DNA from: an uncultured Chloroflexia bacterium
GTDB lineage: Bacteria > Chloroflexota > Dehalococcoidia > UBA2979
DNA: 64,000 nucleotides
Assembly (NCBI GenBank): GCA_963728205.1
Contig: CAVSIV010000006.1
Span: 128,001 to 192,000, forward strand
Direction: 5' to 3'
The translations under genes and the position numbers were made by a program. Below, in pieces: positions 20,083 through 30,570 of the stretch (its first letter is position 1; each line of letters starts with the position of its first letter). The notes beneath the pieces are model-generated. The model searched no databases, was not told where the DNA came from, and worked only from the letters and a program-made list of their open reading frames with translations.

Positions 20083-21294
20083 ATGCCGGCACCGCTCGAC
20101 GGGATCACCGTGCTCGAGGTCGCGAACTGGCTCGCCGCGCCGAGCGCCGGGGCGCTGATGGCCGACCTCGGCGCCGACGTGATCAAGGTCGAGCCGCCCG
20201 CCGGCGACGTCTGGCGCGGCTTCAGCATGCGCAGCGCCGGCTACGACCGCGACTTCGCGCAGAACTACGCCTTCGAGATGGACAACCGCGGGAAGCGCTC
20301 GATCACCGTCGACCTCGGGCGGCCCGGCGGGCCCGACCTCGTGCGGCGCCTCGCGCGCGACGTCGACGTCTATCTCACGAACCTCACGCCGCCGCGGCGC
20401 GCGCGCTACGGCCTCACCTACGACGCCATTCGCGAGGCAAACCCGCGCGTCGTCTACACCTCCCTCACCGGCTACGGCACGCGCGGCCCGGACGCCGACC
20501 GCCCGGGGTTCGACTACGCCGCCTTCTGGGCGCGGTCGGGCATCATGGCCGCGATCGAGCAGCCGCCGGCGCCGCCGCCCCTGAACCGCGCCGGCCAGGG
20601 CGATCACACGACGTCACTGAACCTGCTCGCCTCCACGCTCGCCGCGCTCCGGCTGCGCGACCGCACGGGCGAGCCGCAGTACGTCGAGGTCACGCTGCAG
20701 GCGACCGGCATGTGGACGCTCGCCACCGACTTCTCGGCCGTGCTGATGTCGGGCCTGCGTTCGCCGCGGCACGACCGCGAGGCGCCGCCGAACCCGATCT
20801 GGAACTCATACCAGGCGAGCGACGGCCGGTGGCTCCTGCTCGTCATGGTGCAGCCCGACCCGTACTGGCCGCCGTTCTGCGCCGCCATCGGCGAGCCGGC
20901 GCTCGCGCGGGACGAGCGGTACGACACGCTGATGAAGCGCCTCGAGCACAGCCGCGAGCTCACCGAGCACATCGCCGGCCGCATCGCGGAGCACGACGTC
21001 GCGCACTGGTCGCGCCGCTTCGACGAGCACCGCATCATCTGGGCGCCCGCTGCCGAGCTCCCGGAGGTCGCCACCAATCCGCAGGTCCGCGCGATGGGCT
21101 GGGTGGCGACGGTCGAGCACCCGGAGACGGGCCCGTACGAGACGCTCGGCACGCCGTTCCAGATCGCCGGCGCCGACGTCGGCCCGCGCGGCCCCGCACC
21201 GGCGCCGGGCCAGCACACGTTCGACGTGCTGCGCGCGGCCGGGCTCGGGGAGGCGGAGATCGCCGCGCTCGCCGCGGGTGGCGTGTTCGGCTAG
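20083..21294 (+). CDS. CaiB/BaiF family III CoA-transferase
   Basis: PLDGITVLE, LGADVIKVEPPAGD, NRGKRSI, GYG..GP, GFD, PGQHT. Confidence 0.93.
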   Translation: MPAPLDGITVLEVANWLAAPSAGALMADLGADVIKVEPPAGDVWRGFSMRSAGYDRDFAQNYAFEMDNRGKRSITVDLGRPGGPDLVRRLARDVDVYLTNLTPPRRARYGLTYDAIREANPRVVYTSLTGYGTRGPDADRPGFDYAAFWARSGIMAAIEQPPAPPPLNRAGQGDHTTSLNLLASTLAALRLRDRTGEPQYVEVTLQATGMWTLATDFSAVLMSGLRSPRHDREAPPNPIWNSYQASDGRWLLLVMVQPDPYWPPFCAAIGEPALARDERYDTLMKRLEHSRELTEHIAGRIAEHDVAHWSRRFDEHRIIWAPAAELPEVATNPQVRAMGWVATVEHPETGPYETLGTPFQIAGADVGPRGPAPAPGQHTFDVLRAAGLGEAEIAALAAGGVFG

Positions 21295-21380
21295 TCGCCA
21301 CACCCCGCACGCACCGCGCACTTCCTCCACGACGCGGCGAGCCGCGCCGGTGACGGGAGCGCCTCGCCGGGCGCCTCGGG

Positions 21381-22082
21381 TCAGGGCAGCAGCACCGTCG
21401 GGTCCGCGGTCTTCAGCGGCGGCAGCGTGTGCGCGTTCAGCTCCGCGCGCTCGCCCGTCGCGGCGTAGATCGCCTGCTCCGCGATGTTCGTCGCGCGATC
21501 GGCGACGCGCTCGAGGTCGTGTGTGACCCACAGCATCGTCACGCTGCGCGCGACGCGCGCCGGGTCGCCGTCGCCACGGCCGACGATCAGCCGGTACGCC
21601 GCCTCCTGCAGCTCGTCGACCGCGTCGTCGAGCCGGCCCACCGCGCGCGCGGCCTCCGGGTCGAGCGCGTCGAAGGCCGCCAGCGCGGCCTCGAGCATGC
21701 GGCGCGCGCTCGACGCCATCGTCGCGAGCAGCGGTCCGACCTCGCTCGGCTCGCCCCCCGTGCGCGCCACCGTCCGCGCGATCGCCACGCCGTGGTCGGC
21801 GATGCGCTCGAGCTCGGCGACGACCGCCAGCGAGGCGAGGATGAACCGCAGGTCGCCGCCCACCGGCGCCTGCTCCGCGATCAGCACGGTGCAGAGGCGG
21901 TCGGCGTCCGCGCAGCGCGCGTTGACGGCCGCGTCGTCCGCGATCACGGCCGCGGCCAGCGTGGCGTCGTGGTGCTCCAGGGCGCGCATCGCGCGCTCGA
22001 GCTGGTCGTCGGCCAGCCCGCCCAGCTCGCCGACGAGCGCGCGCAGCGACTCGAGTTGTCGATGGAAGTGCTCACGGGGCAT
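21381..22082 (-). CDS. phoU: Phosphate signalling protein PhoU
   Basis: MPREHFHRQL, QAPVGGDLR, ELERIADH, DLERVADRATNIAE. Confidence 0.93.
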   Translation of the reverse strand: MPREHFHRQLESLRALVGELGGLADDQLERAMRALEHHDATLAAAVIADDAAVNARCADADRLCTVLIAEQAPVGGDLRFILASLAVVAELERIADHGVAIARTVARTGGEPSEVGPLLATMASSARRMLEAALAAFDALDPEAARAVGRLDDAVDELQEAAYRLIVGRGDGDPARVARSVTMLWVTHDLERVADRATNIAEQAIYAATGERAELNAHTLPPLKTADPTVLLP

Positions 22083-22242
22083 GGCACGCCTCCTCCGCCC
22101 GGTGCCGGGAACCTGCACCCATCGTCGGCGCCGGCGATGCGCGGGGGGAGTGCCGCGATGCCCTCGCCTCGCGGGACGAACGTCCCGGCCACGCGTACGC
22201 TGAACGCGCGCCCACCACCACACGAGCGAAGGAGGCCCCGCA

Positions 22243-23013
22243 GTGCCGCACGACGGGTCCGGCGGCGGCTACAAGCACCAGCTCCGGCAGCTGCAGATCG
22301 AGCTGGTCAAGCTGCAGCGCCAGGTGATCGCCCACAACGAGCGGATCGTCGTCCTCTTCGAGGGCCGCGACGCCGCCGGCAAGGACGGCACCATCAAGCG
22401 CATCATCCAGCACCTGAGCCCCCGCGAGACGCGGGTCGTCGCGCTCGGCGTGCCGTCGGATCGCGACAAGAGCTCGTGGTACTTCCAGCGCTACGTGCCG
22501 CACCTGCCCGCCGCGCAGGAGCTCGTCCTCTTCAACCGCTCCTGGTACAACCGCGCCGGCGTCGAGCGCGTGATGGGCTTCTGCACCGACGACGAGTACG
22601 AGGAGTTCATGGAGACCGCGCCGACCTTCGAGCAGATGCTCGTCCGCTCCGGCATCCGGCTCTTCAAGTACTACCTCGACATCACGCGCGACGAGCAGCG
22701 CAAGCGCCTCGACGAGCGCAAGGAGAGCCCGCTCACCCAGTGGAAGATCAGCCCGATCGACGAGCAGGCGCACGAGAAGTGGAACGACTACAGCCGCGCG
22801 CGCGACGAGATGTTCGCGCGCACGCACACCCCCGCTGCGCCCTGGCGCGTCGTGCGCGCCGACCACAAGAAGACCACGCGCCTCAACGTGATCCGCGACC
22901 TGCTCACGCACCTCGACTACAAGGGCAAGGACGCGACGCTGCTCAACGCGGACCCGTCCATCGTCTTCCCGTTCCAGGAGGAGGCGATCGAGAAGGGGCT
23001 GATCGCACCCTGA
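22243..23013 (+). CDS. ppk2: Polyphosphate kinase 2
   Basis: FEGRDAAGKDGTIKR, WYFQRY, FNRSWYNRAGVERVMGFC, WKISPID. Confidence 0.95.
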   Translation: MPHDGSGGGYKHQLRQLQIELVKLQRQVIAHNERIVVLFEGRDAAGKDGTIKRIIQHLSPRETRVVALGVPSDRDKSSWYFQRYVPHLPAAQELVLFNRSWYNRAGVERVMGFCTDDEYEEFMETAPTFEQMLVRSGIRLFKYYLDITRDEQRKRLDERKESPLTQWKISPIDEQAHEKWNDYSRARDEMFARTHTPAAPWRVVRADHKKTTRLNVIRDLLTHLDYKGKDATLLNADPSIVFPFQEEAIEKGLIAP

Positions 23014-23151
23014 AGCGACGGCAGACATGCCGCCGACCGCACGAGGATGCCAGTCCGCGACCGACGCGTCGGGTCGGCCGGCGGCTCGCGGCGCCGGGCT
23101 GTCGGCGGCTTGCGCCGCCGGGCTGTCGGCGGCATATCTGCCGCCGCTGAG
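23014..23151. repeat. REP-like palindrome pair with internal short duplication
   Basis: AGCGACGGCAGACATGCCGCCGAC ... GTCGGCGGCATATCTGCCGCCGCT between convergent genes. Confidence 0.75.
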
Positions 23152-23202
23152 GGGCGCCGGCGGCCTGCGCCGGCGACGAATGCCGTCATCCCCCGCTGGT
23201 CA

Positions 23203-25695
23203 CTACCGGTCGACGGCGCGCCCACGAGGCGCCTCGTGGGGCGGCGGCTTCGCCGTGACGAAGTCGAGGATCTGCGGCCAGTAGCGGCTGATCGCGAACT
23301 GCGCGGCGAGCGTCGCTGCCGTCGCCACGCCGACGATCGCCCAGTCGCCCGCCGAGACCTCGGTGAACGCGAAGAAGCTGCGCACGTCCTGCGCGCCGAG
23401 CGTCAGCAGCAGCCCCCAGAAGAGCACGGCCGCCATCGCCGTCGTCAGCACCGGCCGGATCGGGCGTCGCCAGTTCGCGCCCTCGATGCCGAGCACCTCG
23501 ATCACGAACACGAGCCCCGCCGCGACGATGGTCATCGTGATCAGCGTGCGCACCGCCTCGATGTCGCGGCCGAACAGCCCCTCCGTCGCGAACTGCACCA
23601 GCACGGCCGCCGCCGCGAGCGCGAGCCCGGCCGGCAGCGCGAAGCGCAGCACCGAGCGCGTGAAGTCGCGCCCGGCGTTGTGCGGCGGCACGCCCACCGA
23701 GATCACCACCGCCGGGATGCCGAGCGTGAGCAGCGACGACACGGACCCCTGCCGCGGCAGGAACGGGAAGTCGAGCCCGAGCAGGTTCGTCACGAGGATG
23801 AGCAGGTACGCGTACACGCTCTTCGCGATGAACAGCTTGCTCAGGCGCGCGGCGTTGCCGAGCACGAACGTCGCCTCCCGCGTGCCGCGCACCAGCGCCC
23901 CGAACGAGTCCTCGAGCAGCACGATGCCGGCGACGCTGCGCGCGATCGACGTGCCGGACGCCATCGCGACCGCGACGTCGGCCGCGCGCAGCGCGTGCAC
24001 GTCGTTCGCGCCGTCGCCGACCATCGCGACGAAGTGGCCGCGCGCCTTCATCGCGTCGACGATGCGCGCCTTCAGCGCCGGCGACACGCGGCCGAACACG
24101 GTGTGCGCGTCGACCGCCGCGCCGAGCGCGGCGTCGTCCATCGGTTCGAGCTCGGCGCCGGAGATGGCGCCGCCGCGCACGGGGATGTCGAGCTGCGCGA
24201 GCAGCGCGGCGACGGTGTCGGGGCTGTCGCCGGAGATCACCTTCGGCGCGATCTCGAGCTCGTCCATGATCGCGAAGGCGCTGCGCACCTCCTGGCGCAG
24301 CTCGTCGCTGAGCGTGATCACGGCGAGCGGCTCGAGCGGCGGCAGCGGAGCGTCGGCGTCCGGGAGCGCGTCGGCGGCGGCGAGCGCCAGCGCGCGCAGG
24401 CCGCGCGCGGTGGCGGCGTCGACGTGCCCGCGCAGCGCGGCGACCGCGCCCGCGTCCGCGTGCTCGCCGCGCGCGGCGGCGAGCACCGTCTCCGGCGCAC
24501 CGAGCACCAGCACGCGGCGCTCGCCGGCGCCGCTGACGAGCGCCGCGGCGCTCCAGCGCCGGCGCGACGTGAACGCGACGTCGCCCTCGCGGCGCACGGC
24601 GGCCGGCGCGCCGGCGCCCAGCGCCGTCGCGAGCGCCGCCGCGCTGCGGTTCTCGTCGCCCTTGTCGCGTGCGAACGCCGCCAGCCACGGGACGGCCCAC
24701 TCCACGCCCGGCAACCAGTGGACGGCGTCGAGCGCCAGCCGGTTCGTCGTCAGCGTCCCGGTCTTGTCCAGGCCGATCACGTCGACGTAGTTGAGCGCCT
24801 CCACCGCGTAGATGTCCTGCACGATCGCGCCGGCGCGCGAGACCCGCAGCGCGCCGACCGCGCTGACGACGGTCATGCCGAGCAGCAGCCCCACCGGGAC
24901 CACCGTCGTCACCGTGGCCGTGGTCGCGCGCAGCGACGCCGCGAGGCCCTCGTGCTGGATGTTGAGCTGGATGAAGAGGACCGTCGCCAGCGCGCTCGTC
25001 GCGATCAGCAGCACGCGCAGCAACCGGTTGAAGCGGAAGGTGAGCGGCGACGCCTTGCGGATCAGCTCGCGCGCGTCGGCGGTGAGGCGCATCACGTAGG
25101 CCGCCGCCCCGACGTGCTCGGCCGTGTAGTAGCACTCCCCGGAGACCGCGTAGCTGCCCGACCGCAGCATCGCGCCGGGCCCGCGCCGCACGCCCTCCGA
25201 CTCGCCGGTGAGCAGCGACTCGTCGACCTCCGCGGTGTGCGCGACGATCGGCCCGTCGGCCACCACCTGGCCGCCGCTCGTGAGGTGTACGAGGTCGCCC
25301 TGCACCACCTCCTCCGCCGGCACCTCGCGCTCGACGCCGCCGCGCACGACGAGCGCGCGTGGCGCGGTCAGCGCGCGCAGCGCCTGCAGGCGCCGGTTCG
25401 CGATCAGCTCCTGCGCCGTGGCCACCGCGACGTTGGCGGCCACCACCACGCCGACGAAGAGGCCGTCGCGGATCTCGCCGACGACGAGCAGCGCCGCGAT
25501 CAGCACCGCGAGGATCACGTTGAAGAAGGTGGCGGTGTTGCGGCGGATGACGTCGCGGTCGGTGACCTGGCGCGTGGTGTCGACGTTGGCGCGGCCCTGC
25601 GCGGCGCGCGCGGCGGCCTCGGCGTCGGTCAGGCCGGGCGGAAGCGCGGCCCCTTCGGCGACGGGAGCGGGAGCGTCGGGCGGGTCAATCGTCAT
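23203..25695 (-). CDS. Cation-transporting P-type ATPase (CtpE-like)
   Basis: DESLLTGES, VPVGL, DKTGTLT, ISGD, GDGAND. Confidence 0.9.
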   Translation of the reverse strand: MTIDPPDAPAPVAEGAALPPGLTDAEAAARAAQGRANVDTTRQVTDRDVIRRNTATFFNVILAVLIAALLVVGEIRDGLFVGVVVAANVAVATAQELIANRRLQALRALTAPRALVVRGGVEREVPAEEVVQGDLVHLTSGGQVVADGPIVAHTAEVDESLLTGESEGVRRGPGAMLRSGSYAVSGECYYTAEHVGAAAYVMRLTADARELIRKASPLTFRFNRLLRVLLIATSALATVLFIQLNIQHEGLAASLRATTATVTTVVPVGLLLGMTVVSAVGALRVSRAGAIVQDIYAVEALNYVDVIGLDKTGTLTTNRLALDAVHWLPGVEWAVPWLAAFARDKGDENRSAAALATALGAGAPAAVRREGDVAFTSRRRWSAAALVSGAGERRVLVLGAPETVLAAARGEHADAGAVAALRGHVDAATARGLRALALAAADALPDADAPLPPLEPLAVITLSDELRQEVRSAFAIMDELEIAPKVISGDSPDTVAALLAQLDIPVRGGAISGAELEPMDDAALGAAVDAHTVFGRVSPALKARIVDAMKARGHFVAMVGDGANDVHALRAADVAVAMASGTSIARSVAGIVLLEDSFGALVRGTREATFVLGNAARLSKLFIAKSVYAYLLILVTNLLGLDFPFLPRQGSVSSLLTLGIPAVVISVGVPPHNAGRDFTRSVLRFALPAGLALAAAAVLVQFATEGLFGRDIEAVRTLITMTIVAAGLVFVIEVLGIEGANWRRPIRPVLTTAMAAVLFWGLLLTLGAQDVRSFFAFTEVSAGDWAIVGVATAATLAAQFAISRYWPQILDFVTAKPPPHEAPRGRAVDR

Positions 25696-25928
25696 CGCGA
25701 TCGCTTATCTCACATGCGGCGACGCCTGACAGCGGGCGAACGGCCCCGCGTGAGCGGGCTGAGCGGCCGCGCAGTCATCGTGCCCGCGGGGCGGGGCGCC
25801 GTCTCCGTCACATCGGCGGCCCACCGGCCGTCCGATGGGTCGGCGGCATGTCTGCCGCCGCTGTGGGGGCGCCGCTGCCGCCCCAACGCCGCTCGCCGCC
25901 GCTGTGGGGCGCCGCGGCCGCTGGCGAC

Positions 25929-26693
25929 CTAGCGCGTTCGCGTGCGCAGTGCGAGCACCGAGAACACCGTCGTCACCGCGCCCAGCCCGACGACCGCGAG
26001 CACCGCGCCGTCCACCTGGCCCCAGTCCCACCCGCTCAGCATCAGCGCGCGCATGCCCTCGAGCATGTACGTCACCGGGTTGATGGTCGCGAGCGCGTAG
26101 AGCCAGCCCTGGAAGACGTCGCGCGGAGCAAACGCGGGCGAGAGGAACAGCAGCGGGAAGAACAGCAGGAAGCCGGCCTGCGCGGCCTGCGCGCTGCCGG
26201 TGCGCAGGCCGATCGCGAGCCCGATGCCGGAGTACGCCGCGCCGAACAGCGCGCCGAGCAGCAGGATCGCGGCGTAGCCGCCGGGGCCGGCCGCCATGTG
26301 CGCGCCGGCGATCGCGGTCACGAGCAGGATCACTGCGACGAAGAACGCCGACCGCGCCGCGTCCGCGAGCAGCCGGCCCCACACGATCGCCAGCCGCGGC
26401 GCCGGCGTGAGCAGCAGCTTGTCGAAGTAGCCGCGCTCGATGTCGGTCACCACGGCGATGCCGGAGCTCGACGCGGCGCCGGCCACGCCCTGCAGGATCG
26501 CCACCGGCACCTCGAACGACTTGTAGTCGACGACGCCGAACGCCTGCCCGGCGACGCGCCCGATGGCGCCGACCGTCACGAAGAAGAAGAACAGCGGGAT
26601 GAAGAGGTTGCCTGCCTCGACGCCGGGCTGCCGCAGCGTCTCGCGCACGGCGCGGCCGGCCAGGTGGATGCTCGCCGCGAGCACGCGCCGCAT
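25929..26693 (-). CDS. ABC-2 permease (DrrB-like)
   Basis: DIERGYFDKLLLTP, NPVTY, six TMs. Confidence 0.9.
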   Translation of the reverse strand: MRRVLAASIHLAGRAVRETLRQPGVEAGNLFIPLFFFFVTVGAIGRVAGQAFGVVDYKSFEVPVAILQGVAGAASSSGIAVVTDIERGYFDKLLLTPAPRLAIVWGRLLADAARSAFFVAVILLVTAIAGAHMAAGPGGYAAILLLGALFGAAYSGIGLAIGLRTGSAQAAQAGFLLFFPLLFLSPAFAPRDVFQGWLYALATINPVTYMLEGMRALMLSGWDWGQVDGAVLAVVGLGAVTTVFSVLALRTRTR

Positions 26694-26696
26694 CGC

Positions 26697-27710
26697 TCAG
26701 CCCCCCGCGCCGTCGCCGCGCGCGCCGGTCGTCGCCGGCGCCGGGCTCGCGGCCGCCGCGGTACCCGCCAGCAGGTGGTGACCGGTCTCGCGCAGGAAGA
26801 CGTCGTCGAGCGTCGGCTCCGTCAGCTTCACCGCGTGCGTGTGCAGGCCGGCGCGGCCCACGGCGTCCAGCAACGCGGGGATCAGCCGGCTGCCGTTGCG
26901 CACGTAGAGCGTCAGCGACGCGTCGTCGCCGCGCACCTCCTCCACGCCCGCGACCGTCGCGAGCTCCACCCGCGCGCGCTCGTGCGCCGCGGCGTCGCCC
27001 TCGACGTCGAGCGAGACGACGTCGGCGCCGACCGTCGCCTTGAGCGCCGCCGGCGACCCCTTCGCGACGACGTGGCCGCGGTCGATGATCGCGACCTCGT
27101 CCGCCAGGCGGTCGGCCTCCTCGAGGTACTGCGTCGTGAGGAAGAACGTCACGCCCTGCTCGCGGTTGAGCGACTCGACGTAGCGCCACAGGGCCTCGCG
27201 GCTGATCGGGTCGAGCCCCGTGGTCGGCTCGTCGAGGAACACGATCCCGGGCTCGTGGATCAGCGCGGAGGCGAGGTCGAGCCGTCGCTTCATGCCGCCC
27301 GAGTAGGTGCCGATGCGGCGATCGGCTGCATCCTCGAGCTCGACGACCTCGAGCAGCTCGTCGATGCGCCGGCGCAGCGTCTGCGGGTGCAGGCCGAACA
27401 GCCGCCCCTGCAGCGTCAGCAGCTCGCGGCCGGTCTGGAGGTCGTCGAGCCCGACCTCCTGCAGCGCGACGCCGATGCGCGCGCGCACGAGCGCCGGCTG
27501 CCGCTGCACGTCGAGCCCGGCGACGAACGCCTCGCCGGAGGTCGGGCGCAGCAGCGTCGTGAGCATGCGGATGGTGGTGGTCTTGCCGGAGCCGTTCTGG
27601 CCGAGGAACCCGAACACCTGTCCCTGCTCGACGGACAGGTCCAGCGCGTCGACGGCCCGCACGCCGGGGAACTCCCGCGTCAGGCGTCGCGCCACGATCG
27701 CTTCGGCCAT
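26697..27710 (-). CDS. ABC ATP-binding protein (DrrA-like)
   Basis: GQNGSGKTT, YSGGMKRR, LDEPTTGLDP, TTQYLEEAD, PTLDDVFL. Confidence 0.93.
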   Translation of the reverse strand: MAEAIVARRLTREFPGVRAVDALDLSVEQGQVFGFLGQNGSGKTTTIRMLTTLLRPTSGEAFVAGLDVQRQPALVRARIGVALQEVGLDDLQTGRELLTLQGRLFGLHPQTLRRRIDELLEVVELEDAADRRIGTYSGGMKRRLDLASALIHEPGIVFLDEPTTGLDPISREALWRYVESLNREQGVTFFLTTQYLEEADRLADEVAIIDRGHVVAKGSPAALKATVGADVVSLDVEGDAAAHERARVELATVAGVEEVRGDDASLTLYVRNGSRLIPALLDAVGRAGLHTHAVKLTEPTLDDVFLRETGHHLLAGTAAAASPAPATTGARGDGAGG

Positions 27711-27980
27711 GCCGCCTCCACGCACCGACGCCGCGCGCGCACGGGTGAGCCCGGGCGCGGACCATCATCGTGACGGCAGACCGGTGCCCGGGCAAGCGCG
27801 AGAAGGCGAGCTGGGGCCGTCAGGCCGCTGTTTCCGGGCCCACACCGTGCCCAGCGGCCGCGATGCGATGTCGGCGGATGTCCAGCTCCCGCCCGGTGCG
27901 TCGCCGTCTCCCGCCTCGTGGGCGGCCGGCAATAGCGGCGCAATGTCCCCTGCTCGCCGCGGCACGCAGCGCCGGCGGAG

Positions 27981-29135
27981 TCAGTCCGCGCCCGCACCCT
28001 CCAGCGCGCAGAGCGGGTCCTCGTCCAGCCACGACCCGCTCACCCCATACGCGCGCGCGCGCGACCCGCCGCACAGGTCGGCGAACGCGCAGCGACCGCA
28101 CCGCCCGCGCAGCAGCGACGGGTCGCGCAGCGAGCGGAACAGCTCCGACCCGCGGTACACGTCCGCGATCGGCGCCGACCGCACGTTGCCGCCGCTCACC
28201 TGCAGAAAGCCCGACGGGCAGAGGTTGCCGAGGTGGTCGATGAAGAGGAAGCCCTTCCCGTCGTTCACGCCGCGCGTCTGCACCCCGGCCGGCGCCTCGC
28301 GCATCTGGTAGCCGGCGCCGGTGAGCCGCAGCGGCGCCGTGCCGCCCGCGTCCGACCGCGCGCGCCGCAGCAGCGTGCGGCGAAACTGCGGCGCCGCCGT
28401 CGTGCGCACGGCGAACGGCACCCGCGGACCGAGGTCGGCCATCCACTCCCACGTCCGCTCCGCCGTCTCCACGTCGATCATGTCCTCGCGCCGCGCCCGC
28501 CCGGTCGGCACGAGGAAGAACAGGTTCCACATCCGCACGCCGTGCTCGGTGAGGAAGGGCACCATCGCCGGCAGCTCATCGACGTTGCGCCGGCTCACCG
28601 TCGTCCCCACCTGCACGCCGATGCCGACGTCGTGCAGGTCGCCGAGGATGCGCATCGCCCGCGCGAACGTCCCCTCGAAGCCCCGAAACGCGTCGTGCGA
28701 CATCGCCCGCGCGCCGTCGACGCTCACGTGCACCATCTGCACGCCGAGGTCGCGCATGCGCTCCAGCCGCTCGCGCGTGACGAGCGCCGTCGTCGTCGGC
28801 GAGACCGACGTGCGCAGCCCGCGCCGGACCGCGTAGTCGACGATGTCGAAGAAGTCGGGCCGCATCAGCGGGTCGCCGCCGGTGAGCACGAGGACCGGCG
28901 GCGCGAGGTCCGCGAGCTGGTCGATCACGCCGCGCGCCTCGTCGAGCGTGAGCTCGTCGGGATGACGCTTCGGCTGCGCCTCGGCACGACAGTGCAGGCA
29001 CGCGAGCGCGCACGACCGCGTCAGCTCCCACGCCACCGTGAACGGCCGCTCGTCGAAGTCGACCGACAGCAGCTCCGGCTTCGCGCCGAACGCCGGTCGC
29101 TCCGGTCGCGTGCCGACCGCCTCAGGCGCCGGCAC
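27981..29135 (-). CDS. ahbD: Radical SAM/SPASM protein, AhbD-like (putative heme b synthase)
   Basis: WELTRSCALACLHCRA, TGGDPL, FFLVPTGR, GVNDGKG, CGRC...CGGSRARA; downstream of ahbC. Confidence 0.7.
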   Translation of the reverse strand: MPAPEAVGTRPERPAFGAKPELLSVDFDERPFTVAWELTRSCALACLHCRAEAQPKRHPDELTLDEARGVIDQLADLAPPVLVLTGGDPLMRPDFFDIVDYAVRRGLRTSVSPTTTALVTRERLERMRDLGVQMVHVSVDGARAMSHDAFRGFEGTFARAMRILGDLHDVGIGVQVGTTVSRRNVDELPAMVPFLTEHGVRMWNLFFLVPTGRARREDMIDVETAERTWEWMADLGPRVPFAVRTTAAPQFRRTLLRRARSDAGGTAPLRLTGAGYQMREAPAGVQTRGVNDGKGFLFIDHLGNLCPSGFLQVSGGNVRSAPIADVYRGSELFRSLRDPSLLRGRCGRCAFADLCGGSRARAYGVSGSWLDEDPLCALEGAGAD

Positions 29136-30327
29136 CGACGGCCACCTCTCCCGCGATCTCGTCGTCCCGGAGGTAGCAGAGCGGGTCCTCCGCCCACAGG
29201 TCGCCCGTCGTCGCCTCGGCGCGCGAGCGGAAGTTGCCGTTGCACACCGACACGAAGCGGCACGCCTTGCAGCGCTCAGGCAGGCGGTCGCCGCGATCGC
29301 GCAGCAGGCGCAGCAGCTCGGGCGGGTCCTGCGCCCAGGTCTCGCTGAACGGCCGCTCGCGCACGTTGCCGAGCGGGCGCCAGCGCCAGAACTGGTCGCC
29401 GTAGATCGTGCCGTCGGAGTCGACGCACGCGATCGCCTCGCCCGACTGGTTCCCGCCGTTCCACTGCAGCAGCTGCCACACCGAGGCCGCGCGCTCCGGC
29501 TGCTCACGCGCCACGGACATCCACAGGTACGCCGCGTCGGCGTGGTTGTCGGCCGTCAGCACCTCGGTCTCGAAGCCCTGCGCCGCCAGCGTGCGCGTGC
29601 GCTCGAAGACGAGGTCGAGCGCCGCGCGCGTCTCCTCAGCGGTCGGCGCGAACTTCTGGATGCGCGCCCCGCGGCCCGTCGGCGCGAGGTGGTAGATGCA
29701 TAGCCGGTGCACGTCACGCTCGACCATCAGGTCGAACACCCACGGCAGGTCGTCCTGGTTCGCCTTCGTCAGCGTGAAGCGCAGCCCCGTCTTCAGCCCC
29801 GCATCGCGGCACGCCTCCAGCGCGCGCATCGACGCCTCGAACGCGCCGACCGACCCGCGGAAGCGATCGTGCGTCTCCGGCCGGCCGTCGATGCTGATGC
29901 CGACGTACGACGCGCCGATGTCGGCCAGCCGCTGCGCCCGGTCGGGCGTGACGAGCGTGCCGTTCGTCGAGAACACCACGCGCATCCCGCGCAGCACGGC
30001 GTACGCCGCGACCGTCTCCACGTCGGGGCGGCGAAACGGCTCGCCGCCCGAGATGAGGAGCACCGGCGAGCCGAAGGCCGCGAGGTCGTCCACCATCGCG
30101 AAGGCCTCGTCGGTCGTCAGCTCGCCCGGGTAGTCGCGGTCGAACGAGTCGGTGTAGCAGTGCGCGCAGTGCAGGTTGCAGCGGTGCGTCGAGGTCCACA
30201 CCACGACCGGCTTCTTGTCTTCGGAGTAGTGCAGCAGGTGCGACGGCAGCCGCCGGCTATGGCGCTCGTAACGGAGCGCGTCCCCCTCGGTCACCGTGCC
30301 GTTCAGCAAACGCGAGACGCTCAGCAT
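29122..30327 (-). CDS. ahbC: Radical SAM AhbC/NirJ1-like (12,18-didecarboxysiroheme deacetylase)
   Basis: DALRY...LPSHLLHYSEDKKPVVVW, CNLHCAHCY, DNHAD, WNGGN.SG, CNGNFR, DPLCYL. Confidence 0.85.
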   Translation of the reverse strand: MLSVSRLLNGTVTEGDALRYERHSRRLPSHLLHYSEDKKPVVVWTSTHRCNLHCAHCYTDSFDRDYPGELTTDEAFAMVDDLAAFGSPVLLISGGEPFRRPDVETVAAYAVLRGMRVVFSTNGTLVTPDRAQRLADIGASYVGISIDGRPETHDRFRGSVGAFEASMRALEACRDAGLKTGLRFTLTKANQDDLPWVFDLMVERDVHRLCIYHLAPTGRGARIQKFAPTAEETRAALDLVFERTRTLAAQGFETEVLTADNHADAAYLWMSVAREQPERAASVWQLLQWNGGNQSGEAIACVDSDGTIYGDQFWRWRPLGNVRERPFSETWAQDPPELLRLLRDRGDRLPERCKACRFVSVCNGNFRSRAEATTGDLWAEDPLCYLRDDEIAGEVAVGAGA

Positions 30328-30456
30328 CGGCCGCACCTCCCTGTGGCCGAGTAGAGCCCCGGGCAGCACCCCGGGCAACGGTGCGAAATCTGGGCAAACA
30401 GGAGAAACCTGCGCGAACTTTGATCAGCATTTTGGCGGGGTAGGACGCCAGTTCCC

Positions 30457-30550
30457 GGCAAGCGGCGGCAGACATGCCGCCCACAGACGCGCGGCGCGAG
30501 CCGCGGACTGCGTCCGCGTTCTGTCGGCGGCGTATCTGCCGCCGCTTGCC
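30457..30550. repeat. REP-like palindrome pair
   Basis: GGCAAGCGGCGGCAGACATGCCGCC ... GGCGGCGTATCTGCCGCCGCTTGCC. Confidence 0.8.
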
Positions 30551-30570
30551 CCGGGGGGTGACCACGATGC

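Noticed and set aside
30391-30460. c-di-GMP-I riboswitch-like text (GGCAAAC..GAAA..GCCAGTTCCCG)
   Set aside because: Only a partial resemblance; the second stem does not form convincingly and it is antisense to the adjacent ahbC. An Rfam scan would settle it.
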